Under the pieces are notes generated by a model. It was given only the letters and a program-made list of their open reading frames with translations, was not told the DNA's origin and searched no databases. 64,000 nucleotides of DNA from Polyangiales bacterium (GTDB lineage: Bacteria; Myxococcota_A; Polyangia; Polyangiales; Polyangiaceae): positions 128,001-192,000 of the forward strand of contig JBBRLQ010000002.1 of the NCBI GenBank assembly GCA_038231275.1. The letters run 5' to 3'. Shown here piece by piece: positions 1 to 9,687 of this stretch. The stretch's first letter is position 1. Every line of letters begins with the position of its first letter. A program made the position numbers and the translations under genes.

Positions 1-992
1 TTGAGCCGCGCTCCGAGGACGATCGCGCCATGGAGCTGCAGCGGCGAGAGCTCGAGGACCCGCGCGCCGCCGACCGTGTAGTTCTGGTAGCGAAAGAGGT
101 AGGACCCCCCACCACGTAGTCCGAGGCTCACCGCGCGGGAGAGCGCGAACGAGAAAAGGACGGAGCCGTCGAGCGCCGCGTCGCGCTGCGTCGATTTGAC
201 CGGGACGTTGCCGGCTTGCACGGTCGTCGCGCCGTCGAGCGAGGTGAAGTGCAGCGCGGGACCGACCTCGGGCTCGATCGCGAAGCGGGTGCCGAGCGGG
301 AGTCGCCCACGGATCGCGACGCCGAGGCCCAGATCGAGGAAGCGACCCGCGAACGAGTCGTTCGCGACGCCGACGCCAGGCCCTGCCGCGAAGTTCAAAC
401 CGAGCGCCGCGTACTCGCCGAGGAAGCTCGGAAACCAGAGCGCTCCGAGGCCGATGCGCAAGTCGGCCGAGCTGCCGACCGTGGCGAGCTTGCGCGGTCC
501 CCCGTACGCTTCGACGCGAAAGACGCCCGCCGCCGGCATGAGTGCGCGCTCGGAGCTGATGCGCTCCTCCACCGGCGCGGCGGTCGTCGATCGCATGAGC
601 GTCTTCAACGTAAGGGCGAGCGACGCCGCGTTTGGCGCGTCGGTCGGCGGCGCCATCGACAGCGGGCGGGTGACGATGTGACCCGCTTGCGCGTCGAAGA
701 CCCAGAGCGCGTGGCTCTGCCCGGTCTCGCTGATCCAGACGACGAGGTCGACCTTCTGCGCGTCCGCGACCTGGCGCGCTTCCTTCGCTGCGCCAGGCAT
801 TCCGCTCGAGAGGCTCGTCCAGTCGACGTGACGCACGTCGAGCTCCCACGTCGAGAGGGCGATCCGTACCTGCCGCTCGACCACCTCGTTGCCGTTCACC
901 AGCGCGACGGTCCGCCGCTCCGCCGACGCCGTCCTCGCGGCGAACGCGATCGCGAGCGCCAGGAGCGCGGACGCGACGAGGCGAAGAGGCAT
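1..992 (-). CDS. Secreted hypothetical protein, probable outer-membrane partner of the ECF cassette; runs off the window start
   Basis: Not in the ORF track because it is truncated. ATG at 992 reads MPLRLVASALLALAIAFAARTASAERR (signal peptide). The frame stays open to the window edge, with beta-strand-like C-terminal segments. It is the third gene after sigma/FecR. Confidence 0.7.
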   Translation of the reverse strand, partial: MPLRLVASALLALAIAFAARTASAERRTVALVNGNEVVERQVRIALSTWELDVRHVDWTSLSSGMPGAAKEARQVADAQKVDLVVWISETGQSHALWVFDAQAGHIVTRPLSMAPPTDAPNAASLALTLKTLMRSTTAAPVEERISSERALMPAAGVFRVEAYGGPRKLATVGSSADLRIGLGALWFPSFLGEYAALGLNFAAGPGVGVANDSFAGRFLDLGLGVAIRGRLPLGTRFAIEPEVGPALHFTSLDGATTVQAGNVPVKSTQRDAALDGSVLFSFALSRAVSLGLRGGGSYLFRYQNYTVGGARVLELSPLQLHGAIVLGARL

Positions 993-1049
993 GACGAGAA
1001 ACGTAGCCCGCTTGCCTCGCCGATGTCAGCCGCGATGATCGCGCGGCGC

Positions 1050-2231
1050 TCACCGCACCTTCGCGAGGAGCTCCCGCGCGTCCGCCGCGTTCGCGCCGTT
1101 CGGGAAGCGAACGAGGTATTCGTCGAGCATGCGCGCGGCGTCGGCGTTGCGTCCGCGATGCGCCTGGAGCCGACCGGCCGCGAAGAGCGCGTTGGCAGCC
1201 CACGCGCCGCCACCGCCTGCGAGCTTCTTGTACGTCGCGAGCGCTTGATCGGGGTTTTGCGCTTCGAGCTGCGCGGCGCTCTCGTACAACTCTTGCGCGC
1301 TCGGCTGCGGAGGCGCAGGCGGCGGCACGACCGCGGGTGCCGCAGGCGGCGGCGGCGGCAGGTTGAGGCTCGGCGGAGAGGCGGGCGGAGGCGTGCCGAC
1401 AGGAGCGGCTTGCGCGACGGGAGCGGCGGGTGAAGCCGGCGGATCGGCGGTCGCCGCGATGGGCGCCTTCGGGCTCGTGGTCTTCGACAGCGGCGCCGAC
1501 TTGTGTCGCGAAGAGCGAGGCACCGTGCGCGGCGCAGGGGTCGGCGGATCGTTCTGCGTGACGGTGGAGGGCGTCACCGGCGCAATTGCCGTGGGCGTCT
1601 GCGTCGTCTGCGCGGCCGGCCAGCTGTCGCCGTCATGCAGCGTCGTCGTCTGTCCGTGCGACGTCACCTCGACGATGCCGTGCGCGACGAGCACGTGCGC
1701 GCCTCCGCCTTGCGCGTCGCGGGCCACCGTGAAGCGGGTGCCGACGACCTTCACGCGCACGTCTCCCGCTTGCACGACGAACGGCGGGCGGCCCTTGCGC
1801 GGCGCGACCTCGCACTCCACCTTGCCGCGATCGACGACCACCATGATGCCGCGCTCGTCGTCTCCCGACACGAGCACCGCCGACTCCGGCGCCACGTCCA
1901 CGTCCGACTCTCCCAAGGCCACGTGCGAGTCGCTGCTGCCGGTAACGACGCGCGACGGCGCCGAAGCGACCGGCGCGGTCGCAGGTAGTGGACTCGTGAA
2001 GAGCGACTTGGTGGCGAGCGCACCGACCGCGGCGGCCATCGCACCTGCCATCACGAGCGCGACCGCCGGACGCCAACGCCACGACCGCGCGGGCGGCGGC
2101 TGGGACACCATCTTGATCTGCGGCTCCCGATCGAGCTCGGCGTGCTCGAGCTGCGCGAAGAGCGATTTCTCGATCTTCGCCCAACGCGGCTCACTCAGCG
2201 GCTCGACTTCGATCTTCCTGATCGGGTCCAT
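1050..2231 (-). CDS. FecR-domain anti-sigma factor with Pro-rich linker and C-terminal TPR-like helices
   Basis: Single TM helix, FecR-like motif (FVVQAGDVRVKVVGTRFTV), C-terminal 'YLVRFPNG'; immediately downstream of an ECF sigma. Confidence 0.85.
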   Translation of the reverse strand: MDPIRKIEVEPLSEPRWAKIEKSLFAQLEHAELDREPQIKMVSQPPPARSWRWRPAVALVMAGAMAAAVGALATKSLFTSPLPATAPVASAPSRVVTGSSDSHVALGESDVDVAPESAVLVSGDDERGIMVVVDRGKVECEVAPRKGRPPFVVQAGDVRVKVVGTRFTVARDAQGGGAHVLVAHGIVEVTSHGQTTTLHDGDSWPAAQTTQTPTAIAPVTPSTVTQNDPPTPAPRTVPRSSRHKSAPLSKTTSPKAPIAATADPPASPAAPVAQAAPVGTPPPASPPSLNLPPPPPAAPAVVPPPAPPQPSAQELYESAAQLEAQNPDQALATYKKLAGGGGAWAANALFAAGRLQAHRGRNADAARMLDEYLVRFPNGANAADARELLAKVR

Positions 2232-2234
2232 GGT

Positions 2235-2912
2235 TCAAAGACCTTCCTGAACGCCGCTCTCGGGCGGTCCGTCATCATCGTCGTCACTATTTTCTTCTTC
2301 GTCCGGCACGAACGCGGCGAGGGTGGCGTCTTTGCGCGCGCGCTTCTCGATCGCGCGGCGCGCACGCCATACCCTCGTCTTGGTCGCGACGAGCGATGCC
2401 TCCATCAAGACGGCGACCTCGGCGAGAGGGCGTCCGTCGATGACGTGCAGCGTGAAGGCGAGCCGCTGTACGGGGTCCATTTTCTCGAGCTCGGCGTAGA
2501 GGTGGCGAGCCGCCTCGCGCAAGAGGGCGCGGGACTCGGCGGAGGCGTCGCCCGACGGCGGCTCCGTGACCAGCTCGAGGTGCGGCGCGCGCGCGCGGCG
2601 CTGCGTGATGTGCGCATAAGCCACCCGCACCGTGCACCGATCGATCCACGTGGCCAAGGACGACTCGCCGCGGAAAAGACGCAGCGAGCGGTAGACGTTC
2701 ATGAACGCCTCCTGGACGAGATCATCCATGAAGGAGTTGGAGCCGAGGATCCGGTAGAGCGTGGCGTGGATGCGGCGCTTGTTCTCGTGGAACAGGCGCT
2801 GCTGGGCGGCGCGATCGCCAGCGACGCACTTCTCGGCGAGCTCGAGATCGGCCGGCGCACGGACCACGCTGAGCGTGGGCGGCTGCGTCTGCGTTCCGAT
2901 CGAGCCAGTCAT
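2235..2912 (-). CDS. ECF-type sigma-70 factor
   Basis: Region 2 'DDLVQEAFMNVYRSL...FRGESSLATWI'; region 4 'LAEVAVLMEASLVATKTRVWRAR'. Confidence 0.93.
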   Translation of the reverse strand: MTGSIGTQTQPPTLSVVRAPADLELAEKCVAGDRAAQQRLFHENKRRIHATLYRILGSNSFMDDLVQEAFMNVYRSLRLFRGESSLATWIDRCTVRVAYAHITQRRARAPHLELVTEPPSGDASAESRALLREAARHLYAELEKMDPVQRLAFTLHVIDGRPLAEVAVLMEASLVATKTRVWRARRAIEKRARKDATLAAFVPDEEENSDDDDDGPPESGVQEGL

Positions 2913-3182
2913 GCCCTCATAGTAGGGAGACGCACTTGAAAGGTTGCGCGGATCGAAAATGACCCAGCACGATTGTTTTTTCGGTGCGCCGATGTGCGCG
3001 GGCGAATTTTCGCCAAAGCGCGCGCGGTTGCGACGGATCGCGTTCGATCCACCTCCGGTGGCGCCAATGTGCGCGCGAAATTGCTACGGTTTTGCTGCAA
3101 CCCCGGCGAGGGCGCGAGACACTAGAGGAGAGGCCCGTCGGACTGGTCGGTGGAAGAGCCACCCGGGCTCGAGGAGAGAAGA

Positions 3183-4106
3183 ATGCGTCATGTCTTCCTG
3201 GTGGGGTCGCTTCTCGTCGCTGGCGCCATGGCGGCGACGGCCTGTGGGAACGCGAACACCACCGTGATCGGCGCCGGCGGCTCGTCGGGCGACATCATCC
3301 TCGACGACGGGGGGACGACGGCCCAGAGCATCGACGGCGGCGCCGGCACCGGGACGACGACCGGGCTTCCTTGCGACGTGCAGAAGGTGCTGGAGGACGG
3401 GTGCATCGCGTGCCACGGCGGAGCGACGTCGCCGCGCCTTCTCACGTACGCGGACCTGACCGCGCAGTCGACGCAGTACGCGGGCCAGACCTATGCGCAG
3501 CGGTCGCTCGCGCGGATGCAGGCCGGGACGATGCCACCGAAGCCCGCGGTCCCGCCGACGGCGCCGGAAATCGCCACGTTCGCCGCGTGGGTGAAGGGCG
3601 GAACGCCGATGGGTGGAACATGCACGAACCTCCCCGACGCCGGCTCCGGCAGCGGCAACACCAACACGCCGCCGGTCTGCACGAGCGGAAAGACCGGCTC
3701 CACGAGCAGCGACAACGGCGCCAACATGGATCCCGGACGGGCGTGCCTCGCGTGCCATCAACAGCAGGGCGGACCTCGCTTCGCCGTCGGCGGCACGCTC
3801 TATCCCACCGCGCACGAGCCGGACATGTGCGTCGGCGGCCCGGCCGGGCTCACCGTCGTCATCACCGACAGCAAGGGCGTCGTCACGACGTTGCCGATCG
3901 AGGCGGCGTCCGGCAACTTCTGCTCGTCGACGAAATGCGGCGCGCCGCAAGGGACCACGATCACGCCGCCGTTCAGCGCCAAGGTCGTGAACCCGACGAC
4001 CGGCGCATCGCGCGTCATGGCCGGGACCATCACGGCGGGCGACTGCAACAGCTGCCACACGCAGAATGGCGCGAACGGCGCGCCGGGCCGCGTCTTCGCC
4101 CCCTGA
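3183..4106 (+). CDS. Triheme c-type cytochrome lipoprotein
   Basis: Lipobox-like ATAC; three CxxCH motifs (CIACH, CLACH, CNSCH). Confidence 0.85.
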   Translation: MRHVFLVGSLLVAGAMAATACGNANTTVIGAGGSSGDIILDDGGTTAQSIDGGAGTGTTTGLPCDVQKVLEDGCIACHGGATSPRLLTYADLTAQSTQYAGQTYAQRSLARMQAGTMPPKPAVPPTAPEIATFAAWVKGGTPMGGTCTNLPDAGSGSGNTNTPPVCTSGKTGSTSSDNGANMDPGRACLACHQQQGGPRFAVGGTLYPTAHEPDMCVGGPAGLTVVITDSKGVVTTLPIEAASGNFCSSTKCGAPQGTTITPPFSAKVVNPTTGASRVMAGTITAGDCNSCHTQNGANGAPGRVFAP

Positions 4107-4119
4107 ACGATCGCCAACG

Positions 4120-4779
4120 CTACGGCGTGAACGGCTGCGTGCGGAACGTGAGCGACCGGTCGCTCGTGCCGATCTGACGCACGAAGAGGCCCACGAACGA
4201 TCCGAAGAGCGCGTCGCCGGGGCCGATGCCCGTCGAGCCGGTCGGGCGCGCGACCCACTGGCGCATCTGCGCGAGCATCTGCGGCGAGACCGGATTCACG
4301 TCGACGATGACCGCGAGAAAATGCGCCTTGCCACTCGCGAGGAGCGGGCGATCGACGACCGGCAGATCGCGCGCCTCGGCGCACTGGCGGAGGACGCCTT
4401 CGACGTTGATCGCGGCGGTGTCGCGATCGACGCCGGGGCCGGTGATCTTGAGGCGGTAGACCTCCTCCCACAAATCGTAGACGACCCGGCACGTACGCAC
4501 GGTCAAGGCGACCGGCACGGCGTCTTCGTCGCGGAAGACGTACGCGCGCATCGCGATGACGCTCGGGAGTCCGCTCGAGAGCTTGTCGGTGAGCGTCTTG
4601 TCCATGACGTCGCGGAAGGAGAAGCTCGCGCGCAGGAGCGCCTTGTCCCATGCGTAGTTCGCTTGGCGGCTCGGGAGCTGCTGCGGCGCCGTCGGCTGCG
4701 CGGGTTGCTGCGCGCGCGCGTCCGTGACGACCAGGGCCGCCGCCACGAGCAGCCATGCGAATACCGCGCGCGGGCTCAC
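4120..4779 (-). CDS. DUF4390-like exported protein
   Basis: Signal peptide; 'CRVVYDLWEEVYRL' motif; GTGA overlap with the upstream Omp85 gene. Confidence 0.7.
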   Translation of the reverse strand: MSPRAVFAWLLVAAALVVTDARAQQPAQPTAPQQLPSRQANYAWDKALLRASFSFRDVMDKTLTDKLSSGLPSVIAMRAYVFRDEDAVPVALTVRTCRVVYDLWEEVYRLKITGPGVDRDTAAINVEGVLRQCAEARDLPVVDRPLLASGKAHFLAVIVDVNPVSPQMLAQMRQWVARPTGSTGIGPGDALFGSFVGLFVRQIGTSDRSLTFRTQPFTP

Positions 4780-6455
4780 GGGTTCCCTCGTACCGGCACG
4801 AAACCGAGCAGGTTCGAGAGGCCGAGTGTGAAGGCGCCGGCCTGCGTGTCGATCTTGAGTCCGAGGTTGAACGTGAAATCGATCGGCACCGTCGCGAAGC
4901 CGTTGTACCCACGCGGGTGCTGCGACAAATCACGCCCATCGGCGACGCCGTAGAGACCGGCCGACGTGAAGACGTCGACGCCGTAGACCGAGCGCGTCCC
5001 GCGATAGAGAGGGATGCGGTACTCGAGGTTCACCTTCGCGGCGTATTGCCCGTAGCGAACCTCCACGATGTCGGTGCCGAGGAAGTTCGGCGACGTGCGG
5101 CGGTCGAAGTTCAAGTCGAGCACGCGATCGGGCAAGAGATCGCTGTAGTCGCCGACGTAGAATTTTTCGAAGATCGGCGCGTTGCCGAAGATGGCGCCGG
5201 CGCTCCCCTCGAGGCGCAGGACGTGGCCCCACTTGATCGGCATCCAGTGCGACGCGCGCGCATGGAGCTTCACGTACGAGTAGTCGCTTCCGAGCGGAGC
5301 CAGCGCGGCGTCGGCGAACAGGTACAAGTGCTCGCCGCGCGTCGGGAGGACCGGCTCGTCGCGCGTGTCGTGGATGAGCGTGGCGCGAACGGTCGACAGG
5401 AGCGTCGTGCCCGGCGCGATCTGGAAATCGATCGGCTCGACGTCGAGGCCGCGGTGGTGGCTCGCCGCGAGCGGCAGGTTGGCGTCGATCTTTTCGAGCC
5501 GGTAGTCGAAGAAGAGCTGCGTGGAGACGCCGAGATCGTGCCCGGCGCCGACCATCCCTCCGAAGCGTCGGTACTGCGCGACGGCATAATCCTGGGAGAT
5601 TTGCTGGCGCGGGTCGTCGACGAGGACGTCCTTGTTGCCGAAGAAATCGCGCGCATTGTTGTAGAGGAGCACCGCCTCCGCGGTCCATTGGCTGCCCAAG
5701 AACTGCGGATCGGCGAAGCGGGTGCGGAGGCCGATTTGGCGATCCGCGAGGGCGACGGCGCCGCCCAACGAGATTCCCGTGCCGGCGAGGTTCGTCTCGG
5801 CGATGTCGATGCCGCCGTACGCGGTGAGGGGACGCGCGGCGCCGCTCGGATCGGCGTCGGCGGAGAGGCCGAGCCACACGTCGTTCACGACGATCGTGTT
5901 GCGCTCGACGACGCTGACGACGAGGACGACGAACCCGCGCCGCGTCCCCCGCCGGAGAGACAGGCGCACGTCGCGAAAATAGCCGGTTCCGAGCAAGCGG
6001 AAGCGCGTGAGCTCGAGCTCCTTGTCGTCGACGTCGAGGGTGTCGCCGGCCTTGAGCGGCACGTACCGGAGGACCACACGCGCGAGGGTCGACGTGTTGC
6101 CGCGCACCTCGATGCCCTCGAGCGTGTAGCGGAGACCGACGCGTCCCGGCGCGCGCACGACGCCGGTGGTCGCGGCGGTGGGATCGTCGGGCGCCTTCGG
6201 CGGCGGCGCGGTCGGATCCTTCGGCTCGTCGACCGGCGTCCCGATCGTCGACGGGGGCGGCGCGGGAGGCGGCTGGACGGTCGGCGCAGGCGGCTCCGCG
6301 GGAACGCCGGCGTCGGTCGTCTCTCCACCCCACGTCTTGATCGCGTCGGCGCGCGCCGTTCGTGACGCGCCCGCCATCGACACCATCACCGCCAGGGCGA
6401 GCAGCGTCGAGCAGACCAGACGGGTCGCGGCGTGGCGCGCCATGGGCCAAGCCAA
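4776..6455 (-). CDS. BamA/TamA (Omp85) family outer-membrane protein
   Basis: Signal peptide, one POTRA-like domain (IEVRGNTST...RLLGTGYF), 'ETNLAGTG', 'HDTRDEPVLPTRG', 'EKFYVG'. The start may be ATG at 6443. Confidence 0.88.
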   Translation of the reverse strand: MAWPMARHAATRLVCSTLLALAVMVSMAGASRTARADAIKTWGGETTDAGVPAEPPAPTVQPPPAPPPSTIGTPVDEPKDPTAPPPKAPDDPTAATTGVVRAPGRVGLRYTLEGIEVRGNTSTLARVVLRYVPLKAGDTLDVDDKELELTRFRLLGTGYFRDVRLSLRRGTRRGFVVLVVSVVERNTIVVNDVWLGLSADADPSGAARPLTAYGGIDIAETNLAGTGISLGGAVALADRQIGLRTRFADPQFLGSQWTAEAVLLYNNARDFFGNKDVLVDDPRQQISQDYAVAQYRRFGGMVGAGHDLGVSTQLFFDYRLEKIDANLPLAASHHRGLDVEPIDFQIAPGTTLLSTVRATLIHDTRDEPVLPTRGEHLYLFADAALAPLGSDYSYVKLHARASHWMPIKWGHVLRLEGSAGAIFGNAPIFEKFYVGDYSDLLPDRVLDLNFDRRTSPNFLGTDIVEVRYGQYAAKVNLEYRIPLYRGTRSVYGVDVFTSAGLYGVADGRDLSQHPRGYNGFATVPIDFTFNLGLKIDTQAGAFTLGLSNLLGFVPVRGNP

Positions 6456-6483
6456 GGTAGCGCAAATCGAGGACGCTCGGCGG

Positions 6484-7131
6484 TCAGGGCGCCGCGTCGG
6501 CCTGGTTCTCCGGGAGCGCGGCCTGTACCGCGGCGGTCGCCAGCGCGGCCTTCTCCGCGGCGACCGCGCGCGGGTACGGCGTCAGATCGAGCTTGAAGCG
6601 CCGCGCGTTGTAAAGCTGCGGCACGAGGAACAGATCGGCTGCGCCGAGATCTGCCCCATATGCGAACGGTCCTGTGACTCCCAGCGACGCGTTGCGTGCC
6701 AAGAGCGCCTCGAACGTCGCGAGGCCGCGCGCGATGAAATGCGTCGCCCACGCCGTGCGCCCCGGCTGCTCGGCGCTCGCCTTCTTGAGGACCGCCAAGT
6801 TCTGCATCGGCTGCGTCCCGGCGTTGATCGTCTCGACGAGCGCACGCACGCGCGCGCGATCGATCGGATCCTTCGGGTAGAGCGCGGGCGACGGCGCCAG
6901 CTCTTCGAGCAGCTCCACGAGCGCCACGCTCTCGGTCAGCTCCTTGCCGTCGATGACCAGGCACGGCACCCACCCCGCCGGGTTGTGCGCCTTGTACTCC
7001 GGCGCCTCCTGCGCGGACTCGAGGAGGTTCACGAAGACCGACTCGTACGGGATCTTCTTGTGCGCGAGCGCGATGCGCACCCGAAACGCCGACGACGACC
7101 GCCAGTACGTATAGAGGACGACCTTGTCCAT
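6484..7131 (-). CDS. maiA: Maleylacetoacetate isomerase (zeta-class GST)
   Basis: 'LYTYWRSSSAFRVRIAL', 'NPAGWVP', 'QPMQNL', 'LVPQLYNARRF'. Confidence 0.9.
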   Translation of the reverse strand: MDKVVLYTYWRSSSAFRVRIALAHKKIPYESVFVNLLESAQEAPEYKAHNPAGWVPCLVIDGKELTESVALVELLEELAPSPALYPKDPIDRARVRALVETINAGTQPMQNLAVLKKASAEQPGRTAWATHFIARGLATFEALLARNASLGVTGPFAYGADLGAADLFLVPQLYNARRFKLDLTPYPRAVAAEKAALATAAVQAALPENQADAAP

Positions 7132-7159
7132 GCCTCGGCATACCACGACGCGAATGCGG

Positions 7160-7900
7160 TCAGGGGGCGAGGCGCAGCGCCTTGGCGATCTCGCGCACGT
7201 CGTCGGTCATGATGCCGTCGGCGCCGAGCGCGGCGAGACGGAGGGCCTCGCGCGGATCGTCGATCGTCCAAAAGTGCACGACGATGCCGAGGGCGTGGCA
7301 GCGATCGACGAAGCGGCGCGTGTCGAGGCGAACGCCCATCGCGCGGACCGGCACCTGCGCGGCCGTTCCTTCGAGAGGCGACGCACGGAGGAGCGGCATC
7401 GGCGCGAGCGCGAGGCGGGCGATCTCGGTCTGGCCCAGCCCCGTCGCGCCTTCGTAGCCGAGCCGGCGGACGTGGCGCAGCGTCCGCGCATCGAAGCTGG
7501 CGATGCGGACGCGATCCTGCGCGCGCGCGTGGCGTACCTCGCGGACGAGCGCCTCGGCGGCGGCGGGGCCGGGCGGCTTGCAGTCGACGTTGAACGGCGT
7601 ATCGGGCAGCGCGGCGAGCGCCTCGGCCAAGGTCGGCATCGTGAAGACGCCGAGCCGGCCGTGCCCTGCCGCGACGTTCCACGACCGCACCTCGTCGAGC
7701 GCCGACTCGTCGATGCGCCGTGGAACGCCGGCCGCGCGCGCGCCGGTGGGATCGTGGGAGAGGACGACGTGCCCGTCGCTGGTCAGGTGCGCGTCGGTCT
7801 CGATCGCGGTCGCGCCGAGCTTGATCGCCCGTAAAAATGAGGGGATCGTGTTCTCGGGCACCTCCTTCGGCGCGCCGCGATGGGCGTAGAGCGCGACCAC
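7160..7900 (-). CDS. Glycerophosphodiester phosphodiesterase family protein
   Basis: 'AHRG...PENT', 'ETDAHLTSDGHVVLSHD', 'WTIDD', 'GADGIMTD'. Confidence 0.92.
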   Translation of the reverse strand: MVALYAHRGAPKEVPENTIPSFLRAIKLGATAIETDAHLTSDGHVVLSHDPTGARAAGVPRRIDESALDEVRSWNVAAGHGRLGVFTMPTLAEALAALPDTPFNVDCKPPGPAAAEALVREVRHARAQDRVRIASFDARTLRHVRRLGYEGATGLGQTEIARLALAPMPLLRASPLEGTAAQVPVRAMGVRLDTRRFVDRCHALGIVVHFWTIDDPREALRLAALGADGIMTDDVREIAKALRLAP

Positions 7901-7906
7901 GCGACG

Positions 7907-8827
7907 TCAGCGACGGCGGCGGCGGAACGCGATCACGTTCGCCGTGGGAGCAGGCCCCGGGTCGAGCGGCGGCAGGGCGAGCACCAAGCGCTCGATCTTA
8001 TGGAGCGCCTCGGTGAGCGCGCGCTCGGCGCGGAGCTCGTCGAACGGCGCGTCGTACACGAGCACCACGAGGTAGATGCCGGCGAACGAGCGCGCCACGA
8101 AGCCGTAGTCGTCCTCGCGCACGACGTGGACGATCGGCCGGCCTTTGCGCAGCGCGGGCAGCTCCGGCAGCTCGCGCACCTCACGGATCGCGCGCTGCGA
8201 CACGGCCGGCGGATCCGGATCGTCGTCGAAATCCACGAGCACGTCCGCCGACGGCGCGGGCACCGGCACGAACGCCTCGACGTCTTGCGCCTGCCCCGGC
8301 CGCTCGGGGCTCATCTCGTTGATCAAGCGGAGGAGATCGCGCCGGGACTCCTCGAGCCGCACGAGCGCCGGCACGACCTCTTCGTCCGGCGTGTCGGTCC
8401 GCGGGCCGCGAAGGACCGACGAGCCCCACACGACGGGCGAGTGCGCGTCGAGCACGATCGCGTCGACGGCGCGCGCACGCTGCGCGAGGGCACGGAGCTC
8501 GTCGTGGAGCGACAGCGAAATCGGCTGGCGCGTGGGTCGGTTCATCGTCTCGCTATTGGGCTGCTCCTCGAGCGCCTGCGCGAAGGTGCGGACCAGGATC
8601 TCGAGACGACGCAGGAGCGCCGGCGGGTTCTCCGGCGTCGCGCCGAAGGTGACCGCGACGTGCCTCCCGCCGAGCAGCGACGCGAAGAGGACGTTGGTGG
8701 CACCGCTCGGCACGCTCGCCGCATCGAGGATGCGCACGTCGTCGGCGCCGAGCTCACGCTTCACGAGCGCGGAGAAGCGGGCGAACCCGGTGTCGGTCGG
8801 CGGCGGCGGCGGCGCGCTGGAGGCCAT
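7907..8827 (-). CDS. Hypothetical cytoplasmic protein
   Basis: Long ORF with protein-like composition, co-oriented with the following genes. Start uncertain (8827, 8848 or 8896). Confidence 0.65.
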   Translation of the reverse strand: MASSAPPPPPTDTGFARFSALVKRELGADDVRILDAASVPSGATNVLFASLLGGRHVAVTFGATPENPPALLRRLEILVRTFAQALEEQPNSETMNRPTRQPISLSLHDELRALAQRARAVDAIVLDAHSPVVWGSSVLRGPRTDTPDEEVVPALVRLEESRRDLLRLINEMSPERPGQAQDVEAFVPVPAPSADVLVDFDDDPDPPAVSQRAIREVRELPELPALRKGRPIVHVVREDDYGFVARSFAGIYLVVLVYDAPFDELRAERALTEALHKIERLVLALPPLDPGPAPTANVIAFRRRRR

Positions 8828-8894
8828 GAGGGTCCGCCCGTATACCATGAGCGGCGCGGCCTCCGGGACGGACAGCAACGCGCTGCGGCGACAC

Positions 8895-8934
8895 ATTTTA
8901 CGATCGATTCAAGTAACTAAAATCGTTGTAAAAT
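8895..8934. promoter_or_regulatory. AT-rich imperfect palindrome in a divergent promoter region (candidate TF operator)
   Basis: attttacgatcgatt (8895-8909) ... aatcgttgtaaaat (8921-8934), in an otherwise very GC-rich context. Confidence 0.45.
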
Positions 8935-8991
8935 TTGCATCTTCGCACGGTTGTGGGGGGCGCGGAGACCGGTTTCGACGTAGAAAGCGGC

Positions 8992-9651
8992 GTGCTTCGG
9001 CCCCTCCTCTTCTCTTTCTGCCTGGTCGCGCCCGTCGCGGCAGGCCTCGCGGCGTGCTCTTCGCCGGGGGACGGAAGCGGCGACGCGCTCGGCGCCATCG
9101 GTGAAGGGGGCGCGGGACACTTTCACGACGCGCAGGTCACGAGCCTCGACGCGTCGCTCGTCGTACTCGAGGCCACGCCCGGTGACGACGGCGGCAACCC
9201 CGTCGACGCGACCACCGGCGACGACGCGGCCACGGTCGATGCCGGGAGCGACGCGCCGGTCGATGCTCCTGTGGACGCGCCCGCGGATACTGGACCGACG
9301 ACGTGCACGCGCACCCTCACGATCGCCGCTGTCGCGATCACGCCGACCGGGTGCCCGCTCAACGAGAGCGTGACGGCGGCGCCGGCGACGCTCACCTACC
9401 CGTGCGCCGGCGGAACGGGCACCGCGACGTTCGGGACGCAGACGTTCACGGGCTCGGTCGCCAACGGCCAGGTCGGCCTCCAGAACGTCGACACGTTCCT
9501 CATCGGCGGCAGCTGCATCTGGCAGAGCACGCAGCGCCTGGAGGGCTCGCTCGCCGGGCCGCTGACGTATACGTACTCGGAAAAGGTCGTAACGACCGGC
9601 TGCTCGTCGAGCGGCGCGTGCAAGGGCTCGGGCAGCTGCAGCGTGAAGTGA
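8992..9651 (+). CDS. Cys-containing lipoprotein, hypothetical
   Basis: Lipobox LAAC, D/A/G-rich linker, Thr/Cys-rich C-terminal domain; GTG start at 8992 chosen. Confidence 0.7.
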   Translation: MLRPLLFSFCLVAPVAAGLAACSSPGDGSGDALGAIGEGGAGHFHDAQVTSLDASLVVLEATPGDDGGNPVDATTGDDAATVDAGSDAPVDAPVDAPADTGPTTCTRTLTIAAVAITPTGCPLNESVTAAPATLTYPCAGGTGTATFGTQTFTGSVANGQVGLQNVDTFLIGGSCIWQSTQRLEGSLAGPLTYTYSEKVVTTGCSSSGACKGSGSCSVK

Positions 9652-9687
9652 CCTTGCGCTGCCGCCTGGGGTGCGTAACCTCCCCGC

